Shown here: piece by piece, positions 1 to 8,264 of the stretch
Numbering within the stretch: position 1 is the first letter of the stretch
Layout of the letters: each line of letters opens with the position of its first letter
Assembly: GCA_020846575.1 (NCBI GenBank)
Contig: JADLDQ010000320.1
Span: 1 to 37,787, forward strand
Direction: 5' to 3'
Origin: Burkholderiales bacterium
GTDB taxonomy: Bacteria > Pseudomonadota > Gammaproteobacteria > Burkholderiales > SG8-39
DNA: 37,787 bases
The notes under the pieces: generated by a model
Seen by the model: the letters and a program-made list of their open reading frames with translations, nothing else
Told to the model about the DNA's origin: nothing
Database searches by the model: none
Program-made: the position numbers and the translations under genes

Positions 1-1319
1 CGGTTCTGCGGCCTCGGCAGCCCCAGGTTCTCCCGCAGCGTTCTCCCCTCGTATTCGCTTCGGAACAGGCCTCGCTTCTGCAGCTCCGGGACGACGAGCT
101 TGCAGAAGTCGTCGTGCGCGCCCGGAATGTACGGCGGCATCACACAGAAGCCGTCGCAGGCGCCCGACTTGAACCAGGACTCCATGTAGTCGGCGACGGT
201 CGCGGGGCTGCCGTGGATGGCGTTCTTGCCGCGCGCACCGGCGACGCGCGCGCCGAGCTGGCGCACGGTGAGGTTCTCGCGCTTGCCCAGCGCGACGATG
301 CTCTCGAAGTGGCCCTTGCTGCCGCCCTGGTGCGGCAGCGGGTCGGGAAGCGGCTGGTCGGGGTCGAACGAGGAGAGGTCCATGCGCCCCAGCATGGTGG
401 AGAGAATCTCCCGCCCCACCATGGGGTGGATGAGCGACTGCAGATACTCGAAATCTTCGCGCGCGGCTTCATCGGTGGCGCCGACGATGACGGAAAGCCC
501 CGGCAGGAGGTTGAGGTGGTCCGGATCCCGGCCGTACTTCGCCATGCGGCCCTTCACGTCGTCGTAGTAGGCCTTGGACTGCTCGATGGTGAGATGCGGG
601 CTGAAGATCGCCTCGGCGTACTCGGCCGCCAGCTCGCGCCCCTCGTCGGAGGCGCCCGCCTGCACGATCACCGGCCAGCCCTGCGGCGGCCGCGGGACGT
701 TCAAGGGGCCCTCGACCGAGTAGTACTCGCCCTGGTGGCGCAGCACATGCATCTTCTCCGGCTCGAAGAACAGACCGCTGTCCACGTCGTACACGAAAGC
801 GTCGTCGTCCCAGCTGTCCCACAGGCCGGTCACCACCTGCGCGAACTCGCGCGCCCTTGCGTAGCGCACTTCGTGCGCGTCGACGCCGCTGCGCCCGAAG
901 TTGCGCGCCTCCGCCTTCTGCACCGATGTCACGAGGTTCCAGCCGGCGCGCCCGTGGCTGATATGGTCGAGCGAGGCGAACTTGCGCGCCACGTGGTAGG
1001 GCTCGTTGTAGGTGGTCGAGGCGGTGCCCACCAGTCCGATGCGCTGGGTCGCCATCGCCAGCGCCGCGAGCAGGGTGAGCGGCTCGAAGTGCGCCACGAA
1101 CTGCACCGAGCGCGACAGCGCGTCCATGTGCGCCTCCCGCGTGGCCACCCCGTCGGCGAGGAAGATCATGTCGAACTTCGCCCGCTCCGCGCTCTGCGCG
1201 ATCTCCACGTAGTGCTCGATGCTGATGTGGGCGTCGCGCTGGGCGCGGGGATGCCGCCAGGAAGCGACGTGGTGGCCGGTGGGGTTGAAGTAGGCGGCGA
1301 GGCACATTCTGGGCTTCAT
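1..1319 (-). CDS. LLM-class (luciferase-like) flavin-dependent monooxygenase, NtaA/SnaA/DszA type; C-terminal end lies beyond the left window edge
   Basis: Absent from the supplied ORF track because no stop codon falls inside the window. My reverse-strand translation from ATG 1319-1317 runs without stops to position 1: MKPRMCLAAYFNPTGHHVASWRHP...FEPLTLLAALAMATQRIGLVGTASTTYNEPYHVARKFASLDHISHGRAGWNLVTS... These blocks are typical of nitrilotriacetate-monooxygenase-like LLM enzymes. Listed ORFs 114..1466(+) and 469..2013(-) are out-of-frame shadows of it. Confidence 0.8.
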   Translation of the reverse strand, partial: MKPRMCLAAYFNPTGHHVASWRHPRAQRDAHISIEHYVEIAQSAERAKFDMIFLADGVATREAHMDALSRSVQFVAHFEPLTLLAALAMATQRIGLVGTASTTYNEPYHVARKFASLDHISHGRAGWNLVTSVQKAEARNFGRSGVDAHEVRYARAREFAQVVTGLWDSWDDDAFVYDVDSGLFFEPEKMHVLRHQGEYYSVEGPLNVPRPPQGWPVIVQAGASDEGRELAAEYAEAIFSPHLTIEQSKAYYDDVKGRMAKYGRDPDHLNLLPGLSVIVGATDEAAREDFEYLQSLIHPMVGREILSTMLGRMDLSSFDPDQPLPDPLPHQGGSKGHFESIVALGKRENLTVRQLGARVAGARGKNAIHGSPATVADYMESWFKSGACDGFCVMPPYIPGAHDDFCKLVVPELQKRGLFRSEYEGRTLRENLGLPRPQN

Positions 1320-1462
1320 CGGCAGGATTCCTGGTGCTCATGGGGGCGAGCGGCAAGTATAAACATGAATGCGCATCCCTCCCGCCGAGGGATGCGCGCG
1401 CTGCGCGCCGTCGGACCTTGGACTCGCCGCTGGGGATTTTTCCAACCCGCCAGGAGCGCGGC

Positions 1463-1609
1463 ATGAGCGAGAAGGAGACGATGGGCGAACTCTTCGAACG
1501 CGGCCTCGCGCTGCGGCGCGAGGTGCCGGGCGCCGGCTGCGCCGGCGGGTCGATGAACTCGGCCGGCGAGTTCATGAGCGCAGGGAGGCGCCTCGCGGCA
1601 AGGCGCTGA
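1463..1609 (+). pseudogene. Possible N-terminal remnant of a carboxymuconolactone-decarboxylase-family (PcaC/AhpD-like) gene
   Basis: ATG 1463 is preceded by CAGGAG. The 48 codons read MSEKETMGELFERGLALRREVPGAGCAGGSMNSAGEFMSAGRRLAARR. The block ELFERGLALRREV resembles, from memory, the N-terminus of CMD-family proteins. Similarity then decays and a stop follows, so it is too short for a functional domain. Confidence 0.3.
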
Positions 1610-1657
1610 TGGACGAAGCCTCTGTTCAGGCATGGGCACGACGCGGCGCGTATCCTC

Positions 1658-2887
1658 TTGCCTTTTTTGCGCCCGGGAAGCGGCGGGCGGGCCGGCACGG
1701 GGTGCGCATTGGGTTCACTCGTTTTCTTGCTGTTGCTGACGCTGTTGAACCACTTGGCGTATACCGGCATACGCCTGGCGGTACTGCTGTACGCCGCGCA
1801 CCTCGGCGCCTCGGCCATGGTGGTCGGCGTGCTCGCCGCCCTGTTCGGCCTGCTCGCGGCGCTCACTTCGGTCCAGGTCGGGCGCTGGATCGACCGGGCC
1901 GGGTCGCGGGTACCGCTGCTCGTGGCCGCGCTCACGATGACCGCGGGTGGCGTGATTCCCTTCTTCTGGCGCGACGTGGTCGCGCTGTTCGTGGTCGGAA
2001 CGCTGGTCGGCACCTTTCACAACGTGGTGCACATCGCCCAGCAGCAATTGGTGGGCAAGCACGGCCGGCCGCAGGACCGGGCGAAGAACTTCAGTTACTC
2101 GGCGCTTGCCAACTCCGCGGCGACCTTCGCCGGGCCCATCGCTGCGGGCCTGGCCATCGATCACGCCGGCCATGCGCTCAGCTTCGTGCTGCTGGCGGCG
2201 ATCGGCTTCGCCATCTTCCCCTGTGTGCTGTTCGGCTGGTTGCGCCTGCCGGGGCCCGCGCCCCGACGCGCCCGGGCGCATGGCGAGGCGGCCGCGGGGA
2301 GCCTGCGGGACCTGTTGCGGGATGCGGCGCTGCGCCGCATCTACGCCGCATCGGTGCTCACCAACGGCACCTGGGCGGTGGTGAACTTCATGATACCGCT
2401 CTACGGCCTGCAGATCGGTTTGGACGCCACCCGCATCGGCACGCTGCTGGGCTGTTTCGCCGCGGCCACGATGCTGGTCCGCGTGGTGCTGCCGCTGCTG
2501 CTCCCCCGGCTGACTCCCTGGCAGCTCATGGTGACGGCGCTGTTCATGGCCGCCGCCAGCTTTCTCGTCATGCCGCTCACGGCGGACTACACGCTGCTGC
2601 TCGCGGTGTGCTTCTGGCTGGGTCTGGGGCTGGGCGTCTCGGGGCCGATGACCAACGCCCTGCTCTACGACGCCTCGCCGGCGGAGCGCACCGGCGAGGT
2701 GGTGGGCCTGCGGGTGCTGCTGCAGAACGTCTGCCACACCCTGGTCCCTCTGCTCTCGGGGGCGATCGGCGCGGCGACCGGCGTGGGGCCGGTGTTCTGG
2801 GTACTCTCGGCCTTCATGTTCTGGGGCTGCTGGGACAATCGCGGGCAGCTGAAGGCCCCTCGCTCTCAGGGCAGGCTGCCGCCCTGA
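1658..2887 (+). CDS. MFS transporter
   Basis: 409-aa ORF with about 12 hydrophobic segments and the MFS loop motif GRWIDRAGSR between TM2 and TM3. The start is uncertain: TTG 1658 or the in-frame TTG near 1709. Confidence 0.85.
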   Translation: MPFLRPGSGGRAGTGCALGSLVFLLLLTLLNHLAYTGIRLAVLLYAAHLGASAMVVGVLAALFGLLAALTSVQVGRWIDRAGSRVPLLVAALTMTAGGVIPFFWRDVVALFVVGTLVGTFHNVVHIAQQQLVGKHGRPQDRAKNFSYSALANSAATFAGPIAAGLAIDHAGHALSFVLLAAIGFAIFPCVLFGWLRLPGPAPRRARAHGEAAAGSLRDLLRDAALRRIYAASVLTNGTWAVVNFMIPLYGLQIGLDATRIGTLLGCFAAATMLVRVVLPLLLPRLTPWQLMVTALFMAAASFLVMPLTADYTLLLAVCFWLGLGLGVSGPMTNALLYDASPAERTGEVVGLRVLLQNVCHTLVPLLSGAIGAATGVGPVFWVLSAFMFWGCWDNRGQLKAPRSQGRLPP

Positions 2888-2950
2888 CGGTGCCGGGGGC
2901 GCTGGCGCGGTTTTCGGCCACGATGGGCTGGCTCCAGGTCCTCGAAAATG

Positions 2951-2976
2951 AACAGGGGCGCCACGGCGCCCCTGTT
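2951..2976 (-). terminator. Rho-independent terminator hairpin downstream of the peroxiredoxin gene
   Basis: Perfect inverted repeat AACAGGGGCGCC / GGCGCCCCTGTT around a tiny loop. On the minus strand it is followed by CATTTTCGAG (U-tract) and lies 25 nt after the peroxiredoxin stop at 3001. It sits between convergent genes. Confidence 0.6.
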
Positions 2977-3000
2977 CGACGAGAGCCCTACCGCCGGCCG

Positions 3001-3657
3001 CTACTTCACCTGGGAGACGGTCCGCAGGTAGGGCTTGTGGGTCTTGAAGCCCTGCGGGTACTTCCTGTTCGCATCCTCGTCGGACACCGAGGTCGGGATG
3101 ATGACGTCCTGTCCGGGCTTCCAGTTCACCGGCGTCGCCACGTTCTCGCGCGCAGTCAATTGCAGCGAGTCGAGCAGCCGCAGCACCTCGTCGAAGTTCC
3201 GCCCCGAGCTCATCGGGTACACCAGCATCGCCTTCACCTTCCTGTCCGGACCGATGAGGAACACCGAGCGGATGGTCGCGTTGTCGGCGGCGCTGCGCGG
3301 TTGGGCCCCGCTCGCATTGGGGTGGATCATGTCGTAGAGCTTGGCGACCGACAGTTCCGGATCGCCGATCAGCGGGTAGTTGACCGCGCTGCCCTGCGTT
3401 TCCTCGATGTCCTTCAGCCAGCGGCCGTGGTCGGCGACCGGGTCGATGGAGAGCCCGATAATCCTGGTGTTGCGCCTGTCGAACTCGGGCTTGAGCCGGG
3501 CCATGTAGCCCAGCTCGGTGGTGCACACCGGGGTGAAGTCCTTTGGATGCGAGAACAGGATCGCCCACTGGTTGCCGATCCATTCGTGGAAGCGGATCTT
3601 TCCCTGCGTGGTCTCCGCGGTGAAGTCGGGAGCTTCGTCGCCGATGCGAATGGGCAT
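3001..3657 (-). CDS. 1-Cys peroxiredoxin (Prx6-like)
   Basis: MPIRIGDEAPDFTAETTQGKIRFHEWIGNQWAILFSHPKDFTPVCTTELG... contains the PVCTTE peroxidatic-Cys motif. Internal ATG 3657 has a GGAG SD 7 nt upstream (CCGAAGGAGAATCGAAATG). The 50 extra N-terminal codons of listed ORF 3001..3807 are Arg-rich and non-protein-like. Confidence 0.93.
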   Translation of the reverse strand: MPIRIGDEAPDFTAETTQGKIRFHEWIGNQWAILFSHPKDFTPVCTTELGYMARLKPEFDRRNTRIIGLSIDPVADHGRWLKDIEETQGSAVNYPLIGDPELSVAKLYDMIHPNASGAQPRSAADNATIRSVFLIGPDRKVKAMLVYPMSSGRNFDEVLRLLDSLQLTARENVATPVNWKPGQDVIIPTSVSDEDANRKYPQGFKTHKPYLRTVSQVK

Positions 3658-3789
3658 TTCGATTCTCCTTCGGTGTCGGGTAGGACGGGAAGTGCCCGCA
3701 GCGACTGCAGTGCGAGCCCGATGAAGCGCGCTCCATTCTAGACGTCGCGCGGACCGTGCGCGCAGCGCCGGCAGTGCACGGTACGCGTT

Positions 3790-4122
3790 CGGAGCGGCAC
3801 CTATCAACCCGACTCCATCAATTCCGACGTGACGTCAGGGTCACCCCGAGCGTTCGGAAAAACCTCACCGGGATCGTTTCCTCGCCGGCGAAGGGCCGGC
3901 CTTTCGAGATGCAGGCCGAGGCGGTGCGCTTCGTGTCCGGCGTCGAGGCCCCGGACGCTTACCCGGTCCAGCCCGAGCCCATACGCTGGGGTTCCTGCGC
4001 GAGCGGGCGCAACTGCGGCCGCGCACCAGCGCCAGCGGCCTGTCGAACGCGCGCGACGTGATCCCGTTTCCACGCACGCCGGGGACAGCGCGCTGTCGAA
4101 CGCGAGGCGCGCGCCGCGCACA
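3790..4122 (+). pseudogene. Decayed, internally deleted duplicate of asparaginyl-tRNA synthetase (asnS)
   Basis: By-eye nucleotide alignment to the intact asnS at 18669-20150 gives three collinear pieces. (i) Upstream leader plus the first ~12 codons, with the start codon changed (AGG GTC ACC CCG AGC GTT CGG versus ATG GTC ACC CTG AGC GTT CGA). (ii) The PSPAKG.PFEMQAE.VRFVSGV...LRPRTS segment, with a 1-nt deletion. (iii) The last ~20 codons [15 protein letters not shown] plus about 35 nt after the stop. Roughly 0.9 kb of the catalytic core is missing. Confidence 0.85.
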
Positions 4123-4333
4123 TCCCCTCGGCTTGATTCAGGTCAAGCGCCAGTCCTTGACAAGCCGGAACGCTACGAGCAAGCTCGCCGCCGAGCAGTG
4201 CGGCGGAGCAGTGCGGCGTGACGCGCGCGAGGCCGAACGCTGCGGCCGCAAGCCAGTGCGGTGGCCGCCGCCCGCAAGCGCAAAGCTTCGAATATCCCGT
4301 GGAGCAGATTGGAAGATCGAGAGGAGAAGACGA

Positions 4334-5314
4334 ATGCGAATGGCCGGTAGCGTTGGCGTGATCAGCGTCATGACGCTTGTGCTGAGCATCGCACTCGCCG
4401 GGGGCGCCCGGGCGCAGAGCGACTATCCCGCGCGGCCGATCCGTTTCGTCATCCCGTTCGCCGTCGGCGGTATCGCCGACATTCACGCACGCATCGTTGG
4501 CGTGGAGCTGGGCAAGCGGCTGGGCCAGGGCGTCGTGGTCGAGAACCAACCCGCGGCCTTCGGCATCCCCGCGGCAAAGGCGGTGCTCGCGCAGGCGCCC
4601 GACGGGCATACGATAACGCTGCTCGCGAACGGCACGGCCACCAGCGTCTCGCTCACCACCCTGCCGTTCGATCCGGTGAATGACTTTGCGCCGGTGGCGA
4701 GCATCGCGACTTTCGACCACGTGCTGGTGGTCAATGCAAGATCGAGCCTGCGGTCGATCGCCGACATCGTCGCGGCGGCGCGCGCCAGGCCGGAAGGCCT
4801 GAACGTCGGCACCTCGGCGCCGGGCACGACCGGCAATCTGGTCACCCATCTGTTCATCCAGCGCTCGGGAATCAAGGCGGCGCTGGTGCCGCACCGCAAT
4901 ACCGGCGAGCTGGCGATCGGACTGTTACGCAACGACCTCGACCTGATCGTTCACACCTACGCCGCCATTGTGGCGCAGCTCAAGGATGGAAGCCTGCGCG
5001 CCGTTGCGGGAACGGGCGCGAAACGCTCGGCCGTACTGCCCGACGTTCCCACCGCGCAAGAGGGCGGGCTGGCGGGTTTCGATGCGGCGTCATGGTTCGG
5101 CATCTTCGTTCGCGCCGGCACGCCGGGCCCGATCATCGCGCGGCTCAATCGCGAGATCAACGCGACGCTGCATGAGGACCGCATCAAGCAGCGTCTTCTC
5201 GCGCTCGGGACGGAGCCGATGATCGGCACGCCGGAAGACCTTCATGCGCGGCTCAGCAACGACATCGAGCGATGGCGAGTCGTCATAGACAAGGCGGGTC
5301 TGAGGAACAAGTGA
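4334..5314 (+). CDS. Bug-family (TctC-like) periplasmic substrate-binding protein
   Basis: MRMAGSVGVISVMTLVLSIALAGGARAQSDYPARPIRFVIPFAVGG... has a signal peptide followed by the Bug signature YP.RPIR.V.PF..GG. GAGGAG SD lies upstream of ATG 4334. The upstream part of listed ORF 4058..5314 overlaps the asnS remnant and is rejected. Confidence 0.9.
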   Translation: MRMAGSVGVISVMTLVLSIALAGGARAQSDYPARPIRFVIPFAVGGIADIHARIVGVELGKRLGQGVVVENQPAAFGIPAAKAVLAQAPDGHTITLLANGTATSVSLTTLPFDPVNDFAPVASIATFDHVLVVNARSSLRSIADIVAAARARPEGLNVGTSAPGTTGNLVTHLFIQRSGIKAALVPHRNTGELAIGLLRNDLDLIVHTYAAIVAQLKDGSLRAVAGTGAKRSAVLPDVPTAQEGGLAGFDAASWFGIFVRAGTPGPIIARLNREINATLHEDRIKQRLLALGTEPMIGTPEDLHARLSNDIERWRVVIDKAGLRNK

Positions 5315-5582
5315 GAGACTGGCAGCCTCAGTCGTTCCGTGTCGGCAGGCAATGGGCACTGAGGCACTGAAACTTTCCTTCACGGCTGTGGACGGCGGAC
5401 GGGATGCGGTCCGTGGAGGTCCTCCACCGCTGACCCCGGCAGGATCGAGCGCCGAGGGCTCACCTTGGTGAGGCAGCGGCAAGACCGGGGCGGCGTATTC
5501 AGCCGGCACGACACCAGACCCTGCATCCGCACCACGCTGGACTGCCACCAGTGCGACGTGCGAGCAGGCCAGCGCGTTGCAC

Positions 5583-6821
5583 CTAATTCATCAGCGCCTG
5601 CAGCGGTACCAGCACGTCGGCCAGTGCGGCCGGCTCGAACGTACGGCCGGATCGGATCAGGCGGCGGGCGAAGCGCACGTCGCGGCCTGTGTTGACGCCT
5701 GAGCAACCGACCATGCGTCCATCAGCCAGATAGAACACGGTGAACGCGCCGGTCGCGGGGTCGCCTCGCGTCACCGTGCTGTCCCAGGCTTGCCGCAGAC
5801 CCATGAGCTGAATGTTCATGTCGTACTGGTCGGACCAGAACCAAGGGATCTCGCTGTAGGCGGCCGCCTCTTCGGGGTTCGCGGCCAGCATCGCCTTGGC
5901 GACGGCAATGGCCTGATTCTGCGCGTTCTCCCACGACTCGAGTCGCACGCGCTGCCCAGTGGGCACGTTCGGATGATTGGTCACGTCGCCCGCGGCGAAG
6001 ACGTGCGCATCCGAGGTGCGGCCTCGGTCGTCGACCACGATGCCGTCTGCCGTCGCCAGTCCGGCGTCGCGCGCCAGCTCGACGTTGGGTACGATGCCGA
6101 TGCCGATCACCACGAGCCCGCACGCCAGCGTGGTGCCGTCGGACAGTACCGCGCGCTCCACGCGGCCGTTGCCTTCAAGGCGTGTCACCGTGGTCTTGAG
6201 GCGCACATCGACACCGTTCCGGCGGTGGACGTCCTCGAGGTAGCCGGCGAGGTCGCGCGTGAGCCCCCGGACGCACAGCTGGTCGAGCGCCTCGATCAGC
6301 GTCACCTCGGCACCGAGCTGACGCGCGGCCGACGCCACCTCGAGCCCGATCCAGCCGCCGCCAACCACGAGGACGCGGCTTCCGGGCTCGATCGCCGTCT
6401 TGATGGCGAGGGCGTCGGGGATTGTGCGCAGGTAATGCACCCCGGCGAGCTCCGCCCCGGGCAGTACGAGCCTGCGCACGCGCGCCCCGGTCGCCAGCAT
6501 GAGCCGCTCGTAGACGATCACTTCGCCGTCGGCAAGCTCGACACGGCGGTTGCCGCAGTCGAGGCGAGTCGCACGGCGGGCGAGCTTGAGCTCGACCTCC
6601 CAGTCGTCCCACGACTTCGCTGGCCACAAGTACGCGGCTTCGGGCGGCTTGGCGCCGGCCAGGATTTCCTTGGAAAGCGGCGGCCGCTCGTAGGGCGGAT
6701 GCTCTTCCTCGCCGATGAGGATGATGCGCCCGTCGAAGCCGCCGTCGCGGAGCGTCTTCGCTGTCCAGCCCCCCGCCTGCCCGGCGCCGACGACGACGAA
6801 GGTGCGGCTGCCGCTGGTCAC
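5583..6821 (-). CDS. FAD-dependent NAD(P)H:ferredoxin reductase (pyridine-nucleotide-disulfide oxidoreductase class, as used by Rieske and P450 systems)
   Basis: 412 aa. It has two Rossmann motifs, VVVGAGQAGG and VLVVGGGWIGLEVA, plus the C-terminal reductase block PWFWSDQYD. Starts at GTG 6821. Confidence 0.9.
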   Translation of the reverse strand: MTSGSRTFVVVGAGQAGGWTAKTLRDGGFDGRIILIGEEEHPPYERPPLSKEILAGAKPPEAAYLWPAKSWDDWEVELKLARRATRLDCGNRRVELADGEVIVYERLMLATGARVRRLVLPGAELAGVHYLRTIPDALAIKTAIEPGSRVLVVGGGWIGLEVASAARQLGAEVTLIEALDQLCVRGLTRDLAGYLEDVHRRNGVDVRLKTTVTRLEGNGRVERAVLSDGTTLACGLVVIGIGIVPNVELARDAGLATADGIVVDDRGRTSDAHVFAAGDVTNHPNVPTGQRVRLESWENAQNQAIAVAKAMLAANPEEAAAYSEIPWFWSDQYDMNIQLMGLRQAWDSTVTRGDPATGAFTVFYLADGRMVGCSGVNTGRDVRFARRLIRSGRTFEPAALADVLVPLQALMN

Positions 6822-6887
6822 GGACGGATGGGTAAGTCGGTCTTGCGCATTTTCTTACTCGGCGGAATGCCGGACCATTCTACGACG

Positions 6888-6909
6888 CGTTGACAGCGCG
6901 CTGTCAACG
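6888..6909. promoter_or_regulatory. Perfect 22-bp palindrome (candidate operator) embedded in back-to-back sigma70-like promoters
   Basis: CGTTGACAGCG/CGCTGTCAACG is a perfect 11+11 inverted repeat. Each arm carries TTGACA. On the plus strand, TTGACA 6890-6895, an 18-nt spacer and AATAAT 6914-6919 lie upstream of the cupin gene. On the minus strand, TTGACA, a 19-nt spacer and TAGAAT lie upstream of the reductase gene. Confidence 0.55.
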
Positions 6910-6950
6910 TCGCAATAATCGACCGCATCATCCAAAAGGAGGATTTCGGT

Positions 6951-8264
6951 ATGCAACGCAAGAATCGCTTCGACATCTACGCCAGCGCTGCTGCGCGCCG
7001 CCCTTACGATGAATGTCCGATGCTGGAGCTGGGAATCGATCCGCAACTGCATCTCAGCCGCAACGACCGCGTCCAGCCGTTCTTCCTGATCTGCGAACAG
7101 GACTGCGTGATCGCGCAGATGTCAGGCGCCGCCCGGGTCGAATTCCGCGCTTCGTCGGTCAACTATTTCGATCTTCAGCTCGGCGATTTCGTCTATGTTC
7201 CGGCCGGCACGCCGCATCGCATCGTGCCGCAATCGGAGTCGATTCATCTGCGTTACAAGGCGGCCGAGGCGGGCCTGGAGGCGGTTGCGTGGTATTCGCC
7301 GAAGACCCACGAGGAGATCGCGCGCGTCACCTGGGACTGCGCCCGGGAGCTACCGCAGGAAGGGTATCTGCGCGCGAGTCGCACCTTCAACGAGAATGCG
7401 CGCATGCGCACCTGCCCGACCACTGGCACGGTGCTGCCGCAGATCGATCTGGCGCCGTTCGGTTGGGAAGCGCTGGCGAAGGAGATCCGCGCAGCGGAAT
7501 CCGCGGATCGGGAGCGGTTGGCGGCGCGAGGCGAACCTCTGCCAAACGAGCGAGCGCGCCGCCCGTCACGCAGCGAGATTGCGCCCGCCGGCGAAAGCAA
7601 GGTACCGCTCAAGAACAACGTCTACGACTTTGCGCGCAACGCGCACGCCGCCCTGTCGCCGCTGTTTTCCTATTTCGACCCCGGCGCCATCGTGCCGTGC
7701 GTGGCGCTGTTCGATCTCAAGGGCCGCGGCCCGCGCGGATACTTCGTGCATTTCAATACCGTGCAGGAAGCGAACGTGTGTTTCGGGGTGCGCGGCATGC
7801 CGCACCTGCGGCCCGGCATCGCCTCCGTCGGGCCGCTGACTCATCCGGTCGGCGACAAACCGGGCCAGCCTTCCGATCCCGACATGATCTCCGTGCACGT
7901 GATCACCCTGCGCCTGGCAGTGGGCATTCCGGAGGCCGAGGCGATCATGTTGATGTGTGAGAAGTGCGGCGAGGAGATCTTCCGGCGCGACTACGGACTT
8001 GAATTCCCCGATCCGCTGTCCGGTGAGATTGATCCCCAGATCGTCGGGCTGCCGACGGTCTCGCAGTCAGCTGCGACGGCCCAGTTCTTCAACGAGCGGA
8101 TCGAGAACCGCACCTGCAAGAAGTGCGGCCATGTCAGCGCCTCGTTCCCCGTAGATTCCTGGGGCTGGCAGGATTACCGTCGGCGCACCCAGGTCGTGGT
8201 CGAGGCTCGCGCCATCATGAAGAGTGCCGCTCAGCAGAGCGGTCATGCAGCACCTGCGACATGA
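6951..8264 (+). CDS. Tandem 3-hydroxyanthranilate-dioxygenase-like (HAO-like) cupin protein with a C-terminal rubredoxin-like Cys4 site; function unknown
   Basis: 437 aa with a strong SD (AAGGAGGA 7 nt before the ATG). Module 1 (residues ~25-165) has the cupin block GDFVYVPAGTPHRIVPQ, then WYSPKTHEEI...RTCPTTG. Module 2 (residues ~215-400) ends in LMCEKCGEEI...RTCKKCGHV, i.e. CxxC...CxxC. The pattern matches my memory of bacterial HAO (cupin followed by WYC..C....C..CG). Confidence 0.75.
   Translation: MQRKNRFDIYASAAARRPYDECPMLELGIDPQLHLSRNDRVQPFFLICEQDCVIAQMSGAARVEFRASSVNYFDLQLGDFVYVPAGTPHRIVPQSESIHLRYKAAEAGLEAVAWYSPKTHEEIARVTWDCARELPQEGYLRASRTFNENARMRTCPTTGTVLPQIDLAPFGWEALAKEIRAAESADRERLAARGEPLPNERARRPSRSEIAPAGESKVPLKNNVYDFARNAHAALSPLFSYFDPGAIVPCVALFDLKGRGPRGYFVHFNTVQEANVCFGVRGMPHLRPGIASVGPLTHPVGDKPGQPSDPDMISVHVITLRLAVGIPEAEAIMLMCEKCGEEIFRRDYGLEFPDPLSGEIDPQIVGLPTVSQSAATAQFFNERIENRTCKKCGHVSASFPVDSWGWQDYRRRTQVVVEARAIMKSAAQQSGHAAPAT

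Noticed and set aside
114-3741. Very long listed ORFs 114..1466(+), 469..2013(-), 1369..3741(+, 790 aa) and 1715..3736(-, 673 aa)
   Set aside because: Their translations are Arg/Ala/Gly/Pro/His-rich with no recognisable motifs. They overlap, in other frames or on the other strand, three genes with clear family signatures (LLM monooxygenase, MFS transporter, peroxiredoxin). They are typical stop-poor shadow frames of high-GC DNA.
4193-4218. Tandem GAGCAGTGCGGCG x2 upstream of the first Bug gene
   Set aside because: It is only two 13-nt copies, in sequence lying just beyond the end of the asnS remnant. It is most simply a slippage scar, with nothing to suggest function.
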